NCBI GenBank assembly: GCA_044869275.1
Contig: JBIOXB010000024.1
Span: 1 to 45,952 of the forward strand
Direction: 5' to 3'
Source: a bacterium
GTDB taxonomy: Bacteria > Zhuqueibacterota > Zhuqueibacteria > Zhuqueibacterales > Zhuqueibacteraceae
DNA length: 45,952 nucleotides
Shown: positions 28,204 through 38,328 of the stretch, piece by piece
How the letters are laid out: every line of letters begins with the position of its first letter
Position numbering within the stretch: the first letter of the stretch is position 1
Notes under the pieces: generated by a model
Database searches by the model: none
The model's input: the letters and a program-made list of their open reading frames with translations, nothing else
What the model was told of the DNA's origin: nothing
Translations under genes and position numbers: made by a program

Positions 28204-30537
28204 ATGAGTGCCTCGCCTCGCTATGGTTTGGTCGCCGCGTGCTTCCTGGTTTTGATCACGTTTGCGACTGTTGCCTCCCCCGCAAGGCCTTCGCCGCCCG
28301 CCCGGGCCTCGGGGAATGATGTTGAGGTTGATAGCCTGGTAGCGAAAGGCAAGCGCTTGTTCGCACAATACCGCCTCGAAGAAGCCTACAAAACGTTTGA
28401 AAGAGCCCACCGTCTCGACCGGCGCGCGCGTGAGGTTTTGCTGGGTTTGGGAAAAATCGAAGTGGCAAGGGGCAAGTGGGGCAAAGCGGACAATCGTTTT
28501 GCAGACGTGCTCAAGCTCGACAAGAACGATCTGGAAGCCAATTATTATCGCGGCATTTGTTATCGCGAGAACGGCAAATATAAAGTCCTGTTGCTGCGCA
28601 AATGGGATTTCGACAATGCGGAAGAAAGGTTCAACGCCGTGCTCGCGCGGGATTCCCTGTTTCTCGATACGATGTATCAACTGGCCGTTTTGGAGCGGTA
28701 TCGCGGCCATTATGAAAAGGCGATTGCCGCCGGCCACACGGCGCTACGCCTGCGACCCGAGCTTTCCAGCTCCCTGACCGGATTGTTCCGGTTGTATCGT
28801 TTTTACATCGACAACACCGGACATGACGAAGCAGTCAAATGGTTGCAAGCGCGATCTTCGCCCTACGCCCTATATGCGCTGGGCGAGACCTATCGATTGC
28901 AGCGCGACTTTGTCAATGCGGATTCCATTTTTCGTGCATTAATGCGGGATGAAGTCGTGATGAACAAACAGCGCGTGCGGCTCTCTCGCGCACGAATCTA
29001 TTACGACCAGGGTGCGCCTGTTGCCGGGCAGGGGCTCTTTGCGAATGCCGTTGACGCCATCTCTTCCAATGCCGACGCCGATTTGATTTTTGAAGATGTC
29101 AAATACATTCTCAGCGATGAAGAGTTGCTGCAGTATCACCAATTACGGGAGCCCGGCCAGTTTCAAGATTTTTTCCGTAAGCTATGGAACCGCCGCGATC
29201 CCACGCCGGCAGCGAGCGCCAACGTGCGCCTGACCGAGCATTATCGCCGGCTGAGTTATGCCGAACAGCACTACGCCTTCGACGGCTTTCGCGTCCATTT
29301 CAACAATCCGGACAAGCTGAATTATCTGAAATATCCCGAGGTTTACTCGCTCAATCAAGAGTTCAACGACAAAGGCTTGATCTATTTGCGCCACGGCCCG
29401 CCGGACGACACGGCGTTGAATGTCGGCGCCAACAGCATTCCCAATGAGTCCTGGCGATATTTCAAATCCTCTGCCAGCGCAGAGTTGGTTTTTCACTTCG
29501 TGATCGACGAGGGCGCGACCGGCAACAACTGGCGGCTTACGCCGTTGCTCAACGATCCCGCCATGCTGGAGGCGCGGTTGAGCTGGGGCACGGTCTATTA
29601 TCGCATGCTGACGGCTACACCGACGGAGCGCATGGCCGTGGAGCAAGACATGATTTCCGTTAGCACGAAGTCCGTCGAGATCGGCTTTGAGACCGATCGC
29701 CACACCTGGTCGAAGAATACCGCGCCGCTGGCAGCTTCGTTTTACACCGCCATTTTCAATGGCGACTCCGGCAATGATGTCTTGGAGCTTTATTATGCCA
29801 TTCCCATCAAAGAATTGGCACGCGACCGCGAGCAACAAGGCGCCGACGCAATTTTGGAAAAAGGCATGGTGGTGCGCGATCGGAATTACAAGGAAGTCCA
29901 GCGCAGCGACCGCCAGGTCAAGCTCACGCTCGCCTCGCATCCGCAAATCGTGAACGGGCTGTTTATCGATGCCTATCGCGTGAGTGCGCCGCCGGATTCT
30001 TACTTCGTCGCGTTTCATGCGCGCCAAATCGATGTCACTCCCAGCCGCCTCGCCGGTTACAACGGCGACATTCATTTGCCGGATTTCAATGGGGGCAAAT
30101 TGACCTTGAGCGATTTGGTGCTGGCGTTCGAAATCGAGCCGGCCAGCGGAACCGGCGTGTTTATGAAGAACGGCTTGAAGATCGTGCCGAATCCGTACAA
30201 GAGCTTCGACCGCCGGAGACCAGTGATGTTGTATTTCGAGGTGTATCACCTCAAGCCCGATGAGAAGGGCAAAACCGCGTTCACGATCGATTACACCGTG
30301 CAGATGCTGGAGAAGAAGAAGAGTGCAATCGGCAGGCTTGGCGGTGTGTTCGGCGGCGGCAGCAAATCCAAAGTCTCGCTTTCGGCTGAGCGTGAGGGTG
30401 ATACACCAACGGCGATCGAACAGATCGGCCTGGATTTGAGCAAGGCGGAGGCCGGGGAGTTCGAGTTGACGGTGACGGTGAAGGATCGAAATACAAAGAG
30501 CGAGGCCAAATCGAGGAGCACGCTGACTTTGAATTGA
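28204..30537 (+). CDS. TPR-repeat protein with a variant GWxTD domain
   Basis: Signal peptide, N-terminal TPRs, LWNRRDPTPA..N..EHYRRLSYA...DKGLIYLRHGPPD..ESWRY, C-terminal Ig-like LSDLVLA..YFEVY region. Confidence 0.85.
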   Translation: MSASPRYGLVAACFLVLITFATVASPARPSPPARASGNDVEVDSLVAKGKRLFAQYRLEEAYKTFERAHRLDRRAREVLLGLGKIEVARGKWGKADNRFADVLKLDKNDLEANYYRGICYRENGKYKVLLLRKWDFDNAEERFNAVLARDSLFLDTMYQLAVLERYRGHYEKAIAAGHTALRLRPELSSSLTGLFRLYRFYIDNTGHDEAVKWLQARSSPYALYALGETYRLQRDFVNADSIFRALMRDEVVMNKQRVRLSRARIYYDQGAPVAGQGLFANAVDAISSNADADLIFEDVKYILSDEELLQYHQLREPGQFQDFFRKLWNRRDPTPAASANVRLTEHYRRLSYAEQHYAFDGFRVHFNNPDKLNYLKYPEVYSLNQEFNDKGLIYLRHGPPDDTALNVGANSIPNESWRYFKSSASAELVFHFVIDEGATGNNWRLTPLLNDPAMLEARLSWGTVYYRMLTATPTERMAVEQDMISVSTKSVEIGFETDRHTWSKNTAPLAASFYTAIFNGDSGNDVLELYYAIPIKELARDREQQGADAILEKGMVVRDRNYKEVQRSDRQVKLTLASHPQIVNGLFIDAYRVSAPPDSYFVAFHARQIDVTPSRLAGYNGDIHLPDFNGGKLTLSDLVLAFEIEPASGTGVFMKNGLKIVPNPYKSFDRRRPVMLYFEVYHLKPDEKGKTAFTIDYTVQMLEKKKSAIGRLGGVFGGGSKSKVSLSAEREGDTPTAIEQIGLDLSKAEAGEFELTVTVKDRNTKSEAKSRSTLTLN

Positions 30538-30578
30538 GGAGTGTTTCAGTTTCTGCCAAACCCCAAGCGCATGGCAGC

Positions 30579-30639
30579 TCACAAAAACAGAACTCCCACG
30601 GAATGAAATGCTGTTTCCGTGGGAGTTCTATTTTTGTGA
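30579..30639. terminator. Long bidirectional terminator hairpin
   Basis: TCACAAAAACAGAACTCCCACGGAA pairs with TTCCGTGGGAGTTCTATTTTTGTGA (one mismatch) between convergent genes. Confidence 0.85.
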
Positions 30640-30710
30640 TGCAGTTCAGGCCGTGCGGCCGGTTTTTTCACCAGACATTCGCTTGCGTCTCATGAAAAAG
30701 CAGCGCTCGC

Positions 30711-31991
30711 TCAACTCGCGGTTTGGCGCACGAGGATAAAACGCCCGTCGCCGTGTTCGTCATAGAAGATGAACTCGCGCGTGGGATTTTCATAGCGCCA
30801 GATCTCGAGGCTGCGCCCATAGCTCTGATCGAAACGCCGCGAGATGTTGTCGGGCTGGCCGTGAATAATGTAGATTCTGCCGCGATCGGTTTCCCACCCA
30901 TCGGTTTTACCCCAGGAAAACTGGCTGTTGGCTTCGCTGACGCGCCAGTAGAACTCCTCCTCCAGCAGATTCGTTTTCGATTCCGGCGTTGGGTTGCGTC
31001 TCTTCCAGAATGCGGTCAGTAGCTCCCGCTGTGCTTCGGGCGAGGCGTTTTTTAGCTCTTTCCAATCTCTCGAGTCCATGATCAGCCGCATGGGCTGAAT
31101 GTAATCCGCCAGTGCGCGCTTGGAGGTGGGGCGCTGCGCCCAGCGCACCATCAATGTACGGCTCGCGTCCACTGTGGTTTCATTGGAATAGACGAGCATC
31201 TTGAGCTCTTGGCGGCCCAGCCCGAGCTGCGTCGGGGGAATTGGGAAAAACAAATTGACCGTCGGCGTGTAGGCAATAGTGTCGATGCTGGCCTGCGCGG
31301 TATTCGCTTCTTCCTGGCTGCCCACGGAGAGGCTGGCGCGAATGCGCTGCCCGACGCCGACGTTGCGTGCTTGGGCAAAGGCATAAATCGTATCGCTAAA
31401 GCGCTGCCGGAATGAAGGCACGATTTGTTCCGCGTCGGGAAAGCCGCGCGGCACTTCATCCAGAATCAAGATATCGCTCAACACCAGCGCGGTGCCGCTC
31501 AGGTCGCGCACATTCAGCGGAAAGGTAAAGTATCCATGCCCTTTGGCGACGTCGTCCGTTATCGTTGTCTCTAATACATACTGGCCGGGAGGCGGCGTCT
31601 CCATGAATTTTGCCACGCGCACGTAAAGCGATTCCGGCTGCGTGCTCTGATACGTGTCGACCGTCAGCCGCCGCTCGTCATCCACCAATTGCATCATTTC
31701 CCCTTTTTGATTGCGCAGGGCGAGCGTGAGGTTGAAACGGGCGGCGAACTTGTTGTCAGCGCGTTCGAACTGCAGACTGCGATGCGGGACGTCCACGATC
31801 ACCCACACGCGATTATGGTTGGTGTCATCCACGATATTTACGGCCTGGACGCCAAAGCGAATAACGCCTTGGCTCGCGCCGCTCCCGGACCGGCTCTGAG
31901 GCCGCTGGCTGCCGGCGCACCCCAGCAGGACAAGTGCCGAAATAACAAACCCGGCTGCGCAGCATGTGCACGATGAGATCTTGCGTGTCAT
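30711..31991 (-). CDS. GWxTD-domain lipoprotein
   Basis: Lipobox LLGC; FWKRRNPTP..N...EFYWRV..AN..F....GWETDRGRIYIIHGQPD..EIWRY. Confidence 0.9.
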   Translation of the reverse strand: MTRKISSCTCCAAGFVISALVLLGCAGSQRPQSRSGSGASQGVIRFGVQAVNIVDDTNHNRVWVIVDVPHRSLQFERADNKFAARFNLTLALRNQKGEMMQLVDDERRLTVDTYQSTQPESLYVRVAKFMETPPPGQYVLETTITDDVAKGHGYFTFPLNVRDLSGTALVLSDILILDEVPRGFPDAEQIVPSFRQRFSDTIYAFAQARNVGVGQRIRASLSVGSQEEANTAQASIDTIAYTPTVNLFFPIPPTQLGLGRQELKMLVYSNETTVDASRTLMVRWAQRPTSKRALADYIQPMRLIMDSRDWKELKNASPEAQRELLTAFWKRRNPTPESKTNLLEEEFYWRVSEANSQFSWGKTDGWETDRGRIYIIHGQPDNISRRFDQSYGRSLEIWRYENPTREFIFYDEHGDGRFILVRQTAS

Positions 31992-32003
31992 AAGGAAGCC
32001 TTC

Positions 32004-35000
32004 TTAAAAGTCGGTCCCGAGCGAGACCAAATATCTCGGTTTGGAAAAGTATTGCATATCCGTTCGCCAGGCGGCGTCGATGCGCAACAAGCCAATGGGG
32101 CTGTAGAAGCGAATGCCCCAGCCGACGCTGGTCAGGATGTCATCGGTCACACGTTCGCCCTTGCTGTTGCGGGTAAAAGCGCGAAAACCGCCGGTTTCAT
32201 CCCAAGCGCTGCCGGCATCAAAGAACAAAGCACCGCGCACGCCCTGGAAGAGCAAGGGTAACGGCGCTTGCAGCACCAAAAATTGAATAAAAGGAAAGCG
32301 AATCTCGCCGTTCACCAGGAAATAGCGCGTTCCGATTTTTTCATAATAGTCTGTGCCGCGCAGCGGATAGACGAACTGGCTGTAGGTGAGATCGCCGATT
32401 TCGTTGAGGCTCAAATTTTGGGCGAACTGGGCATCGATCCAGTTCTCCAGGCCGCCGAGAATGAATTTTTGCGGCTGTTCGCCGAAGCTGGCGCCGCCGG
32501 TGAAACGCAATGCCACACTCCATTCCCGGCCTAACGGCTGATAGGCACGCCAGTCCAGGGTCAAGCTGCTGAACTCATGCGGGTTATGGCCAACACCGGG
32601 GCTGAAAGCCGCTTGGATGATGCTGCGCCTGGCATCGACCGGGCCGAAGTATCCCCAGCGGGTGTTATCGCGCACCAGGCCCAAGGTGAAAATGGCGGCG
32701 TGCTCTTTCGATACCGGAAACTCGTAGGTCAGATTGTCGCGATAGGTGGCGAGGAGTATCGCCGAGGTTTCCAATCGTACGAAGCGCGAGAACGGATACT
32801 GCACGCTGCCGATCAAATTCAAGTAGCGGAACCGTTCGATACTGCCGAAGAAATCGGAGAGAAAGAATCTCACCTGCTGTCCCATGGCGAAATAGAAATT
32901 GGGCCGCGAGCCCAAATAGCCGTAGCTCAAAGAAAAGTCGCTGTTCGCCAGCGAGCGATTGAGATATGCACCGATGCCGATTTGATGGTTGCCGGTCAAA
33001 TCCGAGAGATAAAGCTGCCCGAGGCCCTGTATGCCGAAGAACGGGTCGTAGCCGCTGACCGCGCCCACGTAATCCACGCTGAATTTCGGCCGGTACGATT
33101 TAATCACGTAGCTCCCGTCTTCGGCCAGATGATTGGAAGGGCTGAAAGGGTTGCTGCCATTCGTGGCGCGGCTGGCTCCGCCGTTGTCGAAATCCGCTTC
33201 CCCGCGGCTGAAATCTTGGTCGAAAACGAAACTGCGGAAATTCCGTCCCTCAGTTTCGCTGTCGCTTTTGCGGGCCAGTTGCGGTGCAGCCGACGAGTCA
33301 CTGTGCTGCGGCGCGCGATTCTGCATGAAATTGGTGAGTTCCAGCGCTTTGTGTTGGCCCAGGTTGGCGAGGGGTGAGCGCCAGAGATAGACGTCGTACC
33401 CGCCGCGATAAAATGAAGTGAAGGCCAGGCGCTGCCCGCCGCGCGAAATCGACAAGTGCTGCACGCCCACCATCAAATCCGTCAAAGCTACTTCGTCGCC
33501 GGTGGACAATACGCGCAGATATATATTCGAGATGCCGTTGCGATCTGAAACGAAGAGCAGGCTGTCCGCGCTGTGATAGAATTCCGGCGAGTTTTCATTC
33601 GAATCCCATGGCGTAATCCGTTCCAGCTCGCTGCCGTCGGGCCGGACGCGGTAAAGATCATTGTTGCGATTACTATGCTCCCAAATCGGACGACCGCCCT
33701 CCGCCAGTGCGCCACGGTCGGAAACGAAGACCAATGTTTTCGCATCCGGCGACCAGCACGGCTCAAACTCCGAATACGCATCGTTGGTGACTTGCGTCAG
33801 CTCGCGCGAATCTGTTTCGACGACATAGATATCGCTTTGGCAATTCTTCATGCCGGAGAAAGCGATCTTCTTGCCATCGGGCGACCACGAAGGATTCCAC
33901 AACCCTTGCATGTCGAAGGTGTACGTGCGAATAATTCTCTTGCGCCGCACGTCGGCAACGTGCAGCACGTCCTGCCAGCCGCTTTTGGCGGAGAAAGCGA
34001 TCAAGCGATTGTCCGGCGACCAGGTGATGCCCGGGCGCAGCCACTGCAATTCCTCGATGCCCGAGCCTTTTTGCCCGCCCACGATACGGCCAAGGTTGCG
34101 GCCATCGACCGCGTTGACGAGATAGATGTCGAACAATCCGGACCGATCGGTGAGATAAGCGATCAATGAGCCGTCAGGAGAAAGCGCCGGGCTGTTGTTG
34201 ATGAAATTTTCGGTTTTGCGGTGATCCGTCAAAGCCGTGGCAATATCCGTGGGCGCTTTGCGCTTTGCAAACTCGGGCCAATACCATTCTTTGACCGAGC
34301 GATGCCATTGCTCGGTGATGACTTCGGGCTTCTCGCCCAGCGCGCGCATAAATGCGGCCTGGAAATTCCGTGTCGTGCGCAATTCCTGCAACAGCTCCGT
34401 GACCTTGGCGCGGCCATAGCGGCGCTCGACCCAATAGTAGAAGTTCTGTCCGCCTTTGTAAGCGAAGAAGCCGTAGAGTTGTTCGACCGGGGGCAGGTAG
34501 TTATTGATCACCGCGTCACGAATGAAATTATCCGCCTCGGTCTCCCAGTGCATGGATTCATATTCCGCCAGGCCTTCGTTCATCCACAGCGGAATCTGAA
34601 AATTGGTGATGCCGCGCAGCACGGAGCCGGGCCCGGCGCCATAAAAATACTGCAAAATGACCGCGTGCGTCAATTCGTGGTGCACGACATGGCGATACTG
34701 CTCGTTCGAGCCGTCGTAGGGCAGCACCACGCGGCCTTTGAAAAACTCCGTGAACCCGCCCACCGATTCTTCCTGGATATCGGGCGTGACGTTGGTTTCC
34801 TCGAAGTCATTATGCGAGTTGTAAATCAGAATTGGAATGCGCGCCAGCAACTCGAATTGCAGCGTTCTTTTCAAGCCGGTCAAGGATGACTCGGCGACCG
34901 CGGCGGTGAAATTGGCCGCATTTTCGCCGCCCTTGTAGAAATAGATGTCGAAGTGCTGGGACTGGATATAGCGCCAGCTCTTTCGTTCATATTGGATTTT

Positions 35001-35075
35001 GTTTTTGCCGAAGCTCTGGGCCCAAAGCGCTGCAGGAATCAGCAAAAGCGCGAGAGCGACAATGAATTTGCGCAT
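32004..35075 (-). CDS. Omp85/BamA-family barrel fused to an N-terminal zincin (peptidase MA-like) domain and PD40/TolB-like propeller
   Basis: QSFGKNKIQY, HHELTH + WMNEGLAEY, repeated WSPD, PLRG barrel motif, terminal GTDF. Start re-called at 35075. Confidence 0.9.
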   Translation of the reverse strand: MRKFIVALALLLIPAALWAQSFGKNKIQYERKSWRYIQSQHFDIYFYKGGENAANFTAAVAESSLTGLKRTLQFELLARIPILIYNSHNDFEETNVTPDIQEESVGGFTEFFKGRVVLPYDGSNEQYRHVVHHELTHAVILQYFYGAGPGSVLRGITNFQIPLWMNEGLAEYESMHWETEADNFIRDAVINNYLPPVEQLYGFFAYKGGQNFYYWVERRYGRAKVTELLQELRTTRNFQAAFMRALGEKPEVITEQWHRSVKEWYWPEFAKRKAPTDIATALTDHRKTENFINNSPALSPDGSLIAYLTDRSGLFDIYLVNAVDGRNLGRIVGGQKGSGIEELQWLRPGITWSPDNRLIAFSAKSGWQDVLHVADVRRKRIIRTYTFDMQGLWNPSWSPDGKKIAFSGMKNCQSDIYVVETDSRELTQVTNDAYSEFEPCWSPDAKTLVFVSDRGALAEGGRPIWEHSNRNNDLYRVRPDGSELERITPWDSNENSPEFYHSADSLLFVSDRNGISNIYLRVLSTGDEVALTDLMVGVQHLSISRGGQRLAFTSFYRGGYDVYLWRSPLANLGQHKALELTNFMQNRAPQHSDSSAAPQLARKSDSETEGRNFRSFVFDQDFSRGEADFDNGGASRATNGSNPFSPSNHLAEDGSYVIKSYRPKFSVDYVGAVSGYDPFFGIQGLGQLYLSDLTGNHQIGIGAYLNRSLANSDFSLSYGYLGSRPNFYFAMGQQVRFFLSDFFGSIERFRYLNLIGSVQYPFSRFVRLETSAILLATYRDNLTYEFPVSKEHAAIFTLGLVRDNTRWGYFGPVDARRSIIQAAFSPGVGHNPHEFSSLTLDWRAYQPLGREWSVALRFTGGASFGEQPQKFILGGLENWIDAQFAQNLSLNEIGDLTYSQFVYPLRGTDYYEKIGTRYFLVNGEIRFPFIQFLVLQAPLPLLFQGVRGALFFDAGSAWDETGGFRAFTRNSKGERVTDDILTSVGWGIRFYSPIGLLRIDAAWRTDMQYFSKPRYLVSLGTDF

Positions 35076-35122
35076 AACAATGCCTCGAGGCATAAGAATG
35101 AATGATGGAGTGATTAACAACA

Positions 35123-35187
35123 TTACGCTTTACACGTTACACTTTACACGTTTAACGTGTAAGGTGTAACGTGTAACGTGTAACGCG
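35123..35187. repeat. Heptamer array with inverted copy: (TTACACG)x4 / (TAACGTG)x5
   Basis: ttacgct ttacacg ttacact ttacacg tt taacgtg taaggtg taacgtg taacgtg taacgcg. Confidence 0.85.
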
Positions 35188-35192
35188 AGAGT

Positions 35193-37325
35193 TTATTGCG
35201 CCAGCATCTTTTGGCCGGCGCCGCTGGACAAGCCGATGAGATCGCTCAGGATGCGCGTGCTTTCATCCAGGACTAAGTCTGGCTGCTTCTGATTTTCCGG
35301 CACTGCTTCGCCTTTCTTGAGCGGCTTCAACCCACGCGCCACCCGGCGCTCGTTCTCACGGGCGAAGCGCTGCTCTTCCGCCTGTTCGCGTTCCTGCCGG
35401 CGTGCTGTTTCATTCAGCGAAACCTGCGTGCGCTCATTTTCTTTTTTGATGCGCTCGATATCCTCGTCCAGGAAACGAAATTCCAGATTCAGCGCCCTGC
35501 GCTTTTGAGACTTGTCGCGCAGCGACGGAAGAAATTGCCCGAGGCGGCCCTTGGGAGAATAAGCTGCCGCTTTAATCTCGTCCCACGGCAGCGCGTTGAC
35601 TTCCGCGCTTTCGCCGAAGTCTTGGTCGTCCCAAATCGAAGGGAAGGAAAGATCGGGAATCACGCCGCGGTGTTGCGTAGTGCCGCCGGCAACGCGATAG
35701 AACTTGGCAACCGTGAGCTTCAATTGCCCGAGCCGGGCCTCGCTGCTGGGCACGAACCGGTCAAGGTCGATCAAATTTTGCACCGTGCCCTTGCCGAACG
35801 TCTGGCTGCCGATGATCACGCCGCGGCCGTAATCTTGAATCGCCGCGGCAAAAATTTCTGAAGCCGAGGCGCTGCGGCGATTGACCAGCACCGCCATCGG
35901 GCCGTCATATTCGAGTGCGGGATCGGGATCTTGCATGACTTTGACCGAGCCGTCGTTGTTGCGCACTTGCACCACCGGACCTTTGTCGATGAACAAACCC
36001 GTGAGCTCGACGGCCTCCTGCAGCGAACCGCCGCTGTCGCCCCGCAAATCGATGAGTAACCCGTCGATTTTCGCGCCTTTCAATTCGCGGATCAGACGGC
36101 GCACGTCGCGTGTGGTGCTCTTATAATCCTGGTCCCCGCGATTCTGTGCCGCGAGATCGGAATAAAACGTCGGAATCAAGATCACGCCCAGCGTGAATTT
36201 CCGCCCTTCGTACATGAAGGTGAGCGTGTCGCTGCGCGCCTCGCCCTCTTTCAACACGACTTTGTCGCGCACCAGCGCCACCCTTTTTGGAATGGTGCCC
36301 GGGGGCGAGTTTGCGGGGAGAACGTCCAGACGCACCGTGGAGCCCTTTTGGCCGCGAATCATCTGCACGACGTCGTCCAGGCGCATGCCCACCACGTCGG
36401 CCATCTCGCCGCCCTCGCCCTGGCCCACCGCCACGATTTTATCGTTCGCCCAGAGCTGTTTGCTCAGATCCGCCGGTCCGCCGGGAATGATGCGCGCCAC
36501 CATGGTATAGTAGTCCGCTTCCGTGGTCAATTGCGCACCGATGCCCTCCAGCGACAGGCTCATGTCGATGCCAAAGTTTTGCGAAGCAATGGGTGAAAGA
36601 TAGTTGGTGTGCGGGTCGAACACCTGCGAGAGCGCATTCATATACGCCTGAAACACGTCTTCGGAGGTATTCTGGCCGATGCGTTTTTGATAATTGGCAT
36701 AGCGCTTCGTCAAGCTGGCGGTCACGTTTTCGGGAGGCTTGTTGCCCGCGTCCGGCGCCGCGCTGTTGAGTTTGAGGTTCAAAGCCTCGTGCTTCAAGCG
36801 TTTGCGCCATCTTTCGTTGAGCTCGGCGGGAGTTTTGGCCCAAGGGGTGTTCTCTTTTTCGATTTCATAAAACTCATTTACGGTGAAATCGAAGCCCTGC
36901 GCGATGGTGGTTTGCACGTAGGCGCTGCGCTCGTCGAAACGTTTTTTGAAAAGGTTGTAGATTTCATAAGCCGGCGCCAGGTCCCCGCGCTGCAGATAAT
37001 CATCCAACTGGTAACGGTATTTGGCAAAGCCTATGACGTCCGCTTCGAGGAAGATGCTGCGATAAGGATCCAGTGCATCGATGTAAAAATTCAAAAAATC
37101 CTCGGAAGTGGAATCGTCGATCGCTTTGTGGCTATAGTGGTAGTGTGTGAACAGGCCGGCAATCACCCGGCTGACCACGGGATGTTGCTTGTCAGGCGCA
37201 AGATCGCTCGCCGGAGCGGCCGCAAAAGTAAAGAGCAAAAACAGCGCGCTGGGCAGAAAAAATCTGCCGCGGTTGTCGAGGCGAGTTGAGCTGTCCGCAG
37301 AGAAAAGTTTCATGAGTGTATTCAA
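35193..37325 (-). CDS. prc: Carboxy-terminal processing (tail-specific) protease, S41; start uncertain (37313 is an alternative)
   Basis: DPHTNY, LEGIGA (PDZ), DLRG..GGSL, SASASEIF, FGKGTVQ, KFYRV. Confidence 0.93.
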   Translation of the reverse strand: MNTLMKLFSADSSTRLDNRGRFFLPSALFLLFTFAAAPASDLAPDKQHPVVSRVIAGLFTHYHYSHKAIDDSTSEDFLNFYIDALDPYRSIFLEADVIGFAKYRYQLDDYLQRGDLAPAYEIYNLFKKRFDERSAYVQTTIAQGFDFTVNEFYEIEKENTPWAKTPAELNERWRKRLKHEALNLKLNSAAPDAGNKPPENVTASLTKRYANYQKRIGQNTSEDVFQAYMNALSQVFDPHTNYLSPIASQNFGIDMSLSLEGIGAQLTTEADYYTMVARIIPGGPADLSKQLWANDKIVAVGQGEGGEMADVVGMRLDDVVQMIRGQKGSTVRLDVLPANSPPGTIPKRVALVRDKVVLKEGEARSDTLTFMYEGRKFTLGVILIPTFYSDLAAQNRGDQDYKSTTRDVRRLIRELKGAKIDGLLIDLRGDSGGSLQEAVELTGLFIDKGPVVQVRNNDGSVKVMQDPDPALEYDGPMAVLVNRRSASASEIFAAAIQDYGRGVIIGSQTFGKGTVQNLIDLDRFVPSSEARLGQLKLTVAKFYRVAGGTTQHRGVIPDLSFPSIWDDQDFGESAEVNALPWDEIKAAAYSPKGRLGQFLPSLRDKSQKRRALNLEFRFLDEDIERIKKENERTQVSLNETARRQEREQAEEQRFARENERRVARGLKPLKKGEAVPENQKQPDLVLDESTRILSDLIGLSSGAGQKMLAQ

Positions 37326-37432
37326 CCTTAAATCAAAAAAAAGTGAGTATGAAGAAACCGATATTTATTCATGTGGCTGCATGCCCGGAGTGGCGACAAG
37401 CGAAAATACAAGCCTCCCGGCAAAAGTTCAAG

Positions 37433-37762
37433 TCATTCTTCACCAGCCGAACGTGCGGCTCTTTCGAGCTTTTGACGCAGGCGTGCTTCATCTATTTCGT
37501 ACTTGCATGCCAACTGGCCATTTACCCGCACCAACGGAATGCGAGTGCCGAACTCCGCCAGCAACTCCTCGTCGCCGGCAATGTTCACTTCGCGCAGCTC
37601 GAATCCCCATTGCCTTTGCAGCCGATGCAAATGCCTCTTCGCGGCCTCGCACAGGTGACAATCGGGCTTGCTGATGAGTTCGATCACGCTGCCGCGTCCG
37701 ATTTTCGCGGGGACGAGGCGGTCTTGCACCGCCCGCCGAGCCCGGCGCAGGCTCCCCATCAA
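37433..37762 (-). CDS. Glutaredoxin-like protein (DUF836 type)
   Basis: SKPDCHLC, EVNI, RIPLV; 4-nt overlap with the upstream gene. Confidence 0.85.
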   Translation of the reverse strand: MMGSLRRARRAVQDRLVPAKIGRGSVIELISKPDCHLCEAAKRHLHRLQRQWGFELREVNIAGDEELLAEFGTRIPLVRVNGQLACKYEIDEARLRQKLERAARSAGEE

Positions 37763-38328
37763 CCTTTGCGATTTTTCATGAAGTCTTCGAACTTCATGGT
37801 TTTGTAATGGCCCTCGGACAGGAATTCCAAGATCGGCAGAAACTGATCCGGCTTCAAATATCCGGAAACAGAGGTGAGCAATTCACCGTTTTCATTGATG
37901 AAAATCGTGGCCGGATAGCCGCGTACGCCGAAGCTGACCGCCAATTGCTGGTAGCTCAATTCGTTTTCTTTATAGCGCGTCATCTGCTGCGATTCGGCGT
38001 TGACTTTCGACATCACCAGCTTCTTGCGCGCATATTTGACGACCTCGGGGTGGCCATAGGTGTCCTGATCCATTTTCTTGCACCAGCCGCACCAGTCCGT
38101 ATAAAAATCCACGACCACTATTTTGCGCTCTTTTTTCGCCGCTGCCACGGCCTTGTCAAAATCCAGCCATTGAATCGCAGTGCTTTTGCTCTTTTCCTGG
38201 GAATAGGCCACGCTGGTGATGATCAGGCCCAAAGCCAGAACCAAACCGTGAGCGCGGTCGAAGCCGGGGATGGTGCAAAAGAAGTGTGATCGACAATAGC
38301 GATTGCGCATGAAAGTCTCCGAGATCAT
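37759..38328 (-). CDS. Exported thioredoxin-family protein (SoxW/DUF255-like)
   Basis: DFYTDWCGWCKKM, GVRGYP, signal-like segment; 4-nt overlap with porU. Confidence 0.88.
   Translation of the reverse strand: MISETFMRNRYCRSHFFCTIPGFDRAHGLVLALGLIITSVAYSQEKSKSTAIQWLDFDKAVAAAKKERKIVVVDFYTDWCGWCKKMDQDTYGHPEVVKYARKKLVMSKVNAESQQMTRYKENELSYQQLAVSFGVRGYPATIFINENGELLTSVSGYLKPDQFLPILEFLSEGHYKTMKFEDFMKNRKG

Noticed and set aside
35123..35187. CRISPR array
   Set aside because: Units are 7 nt with no spacers, and no cas genes are present.
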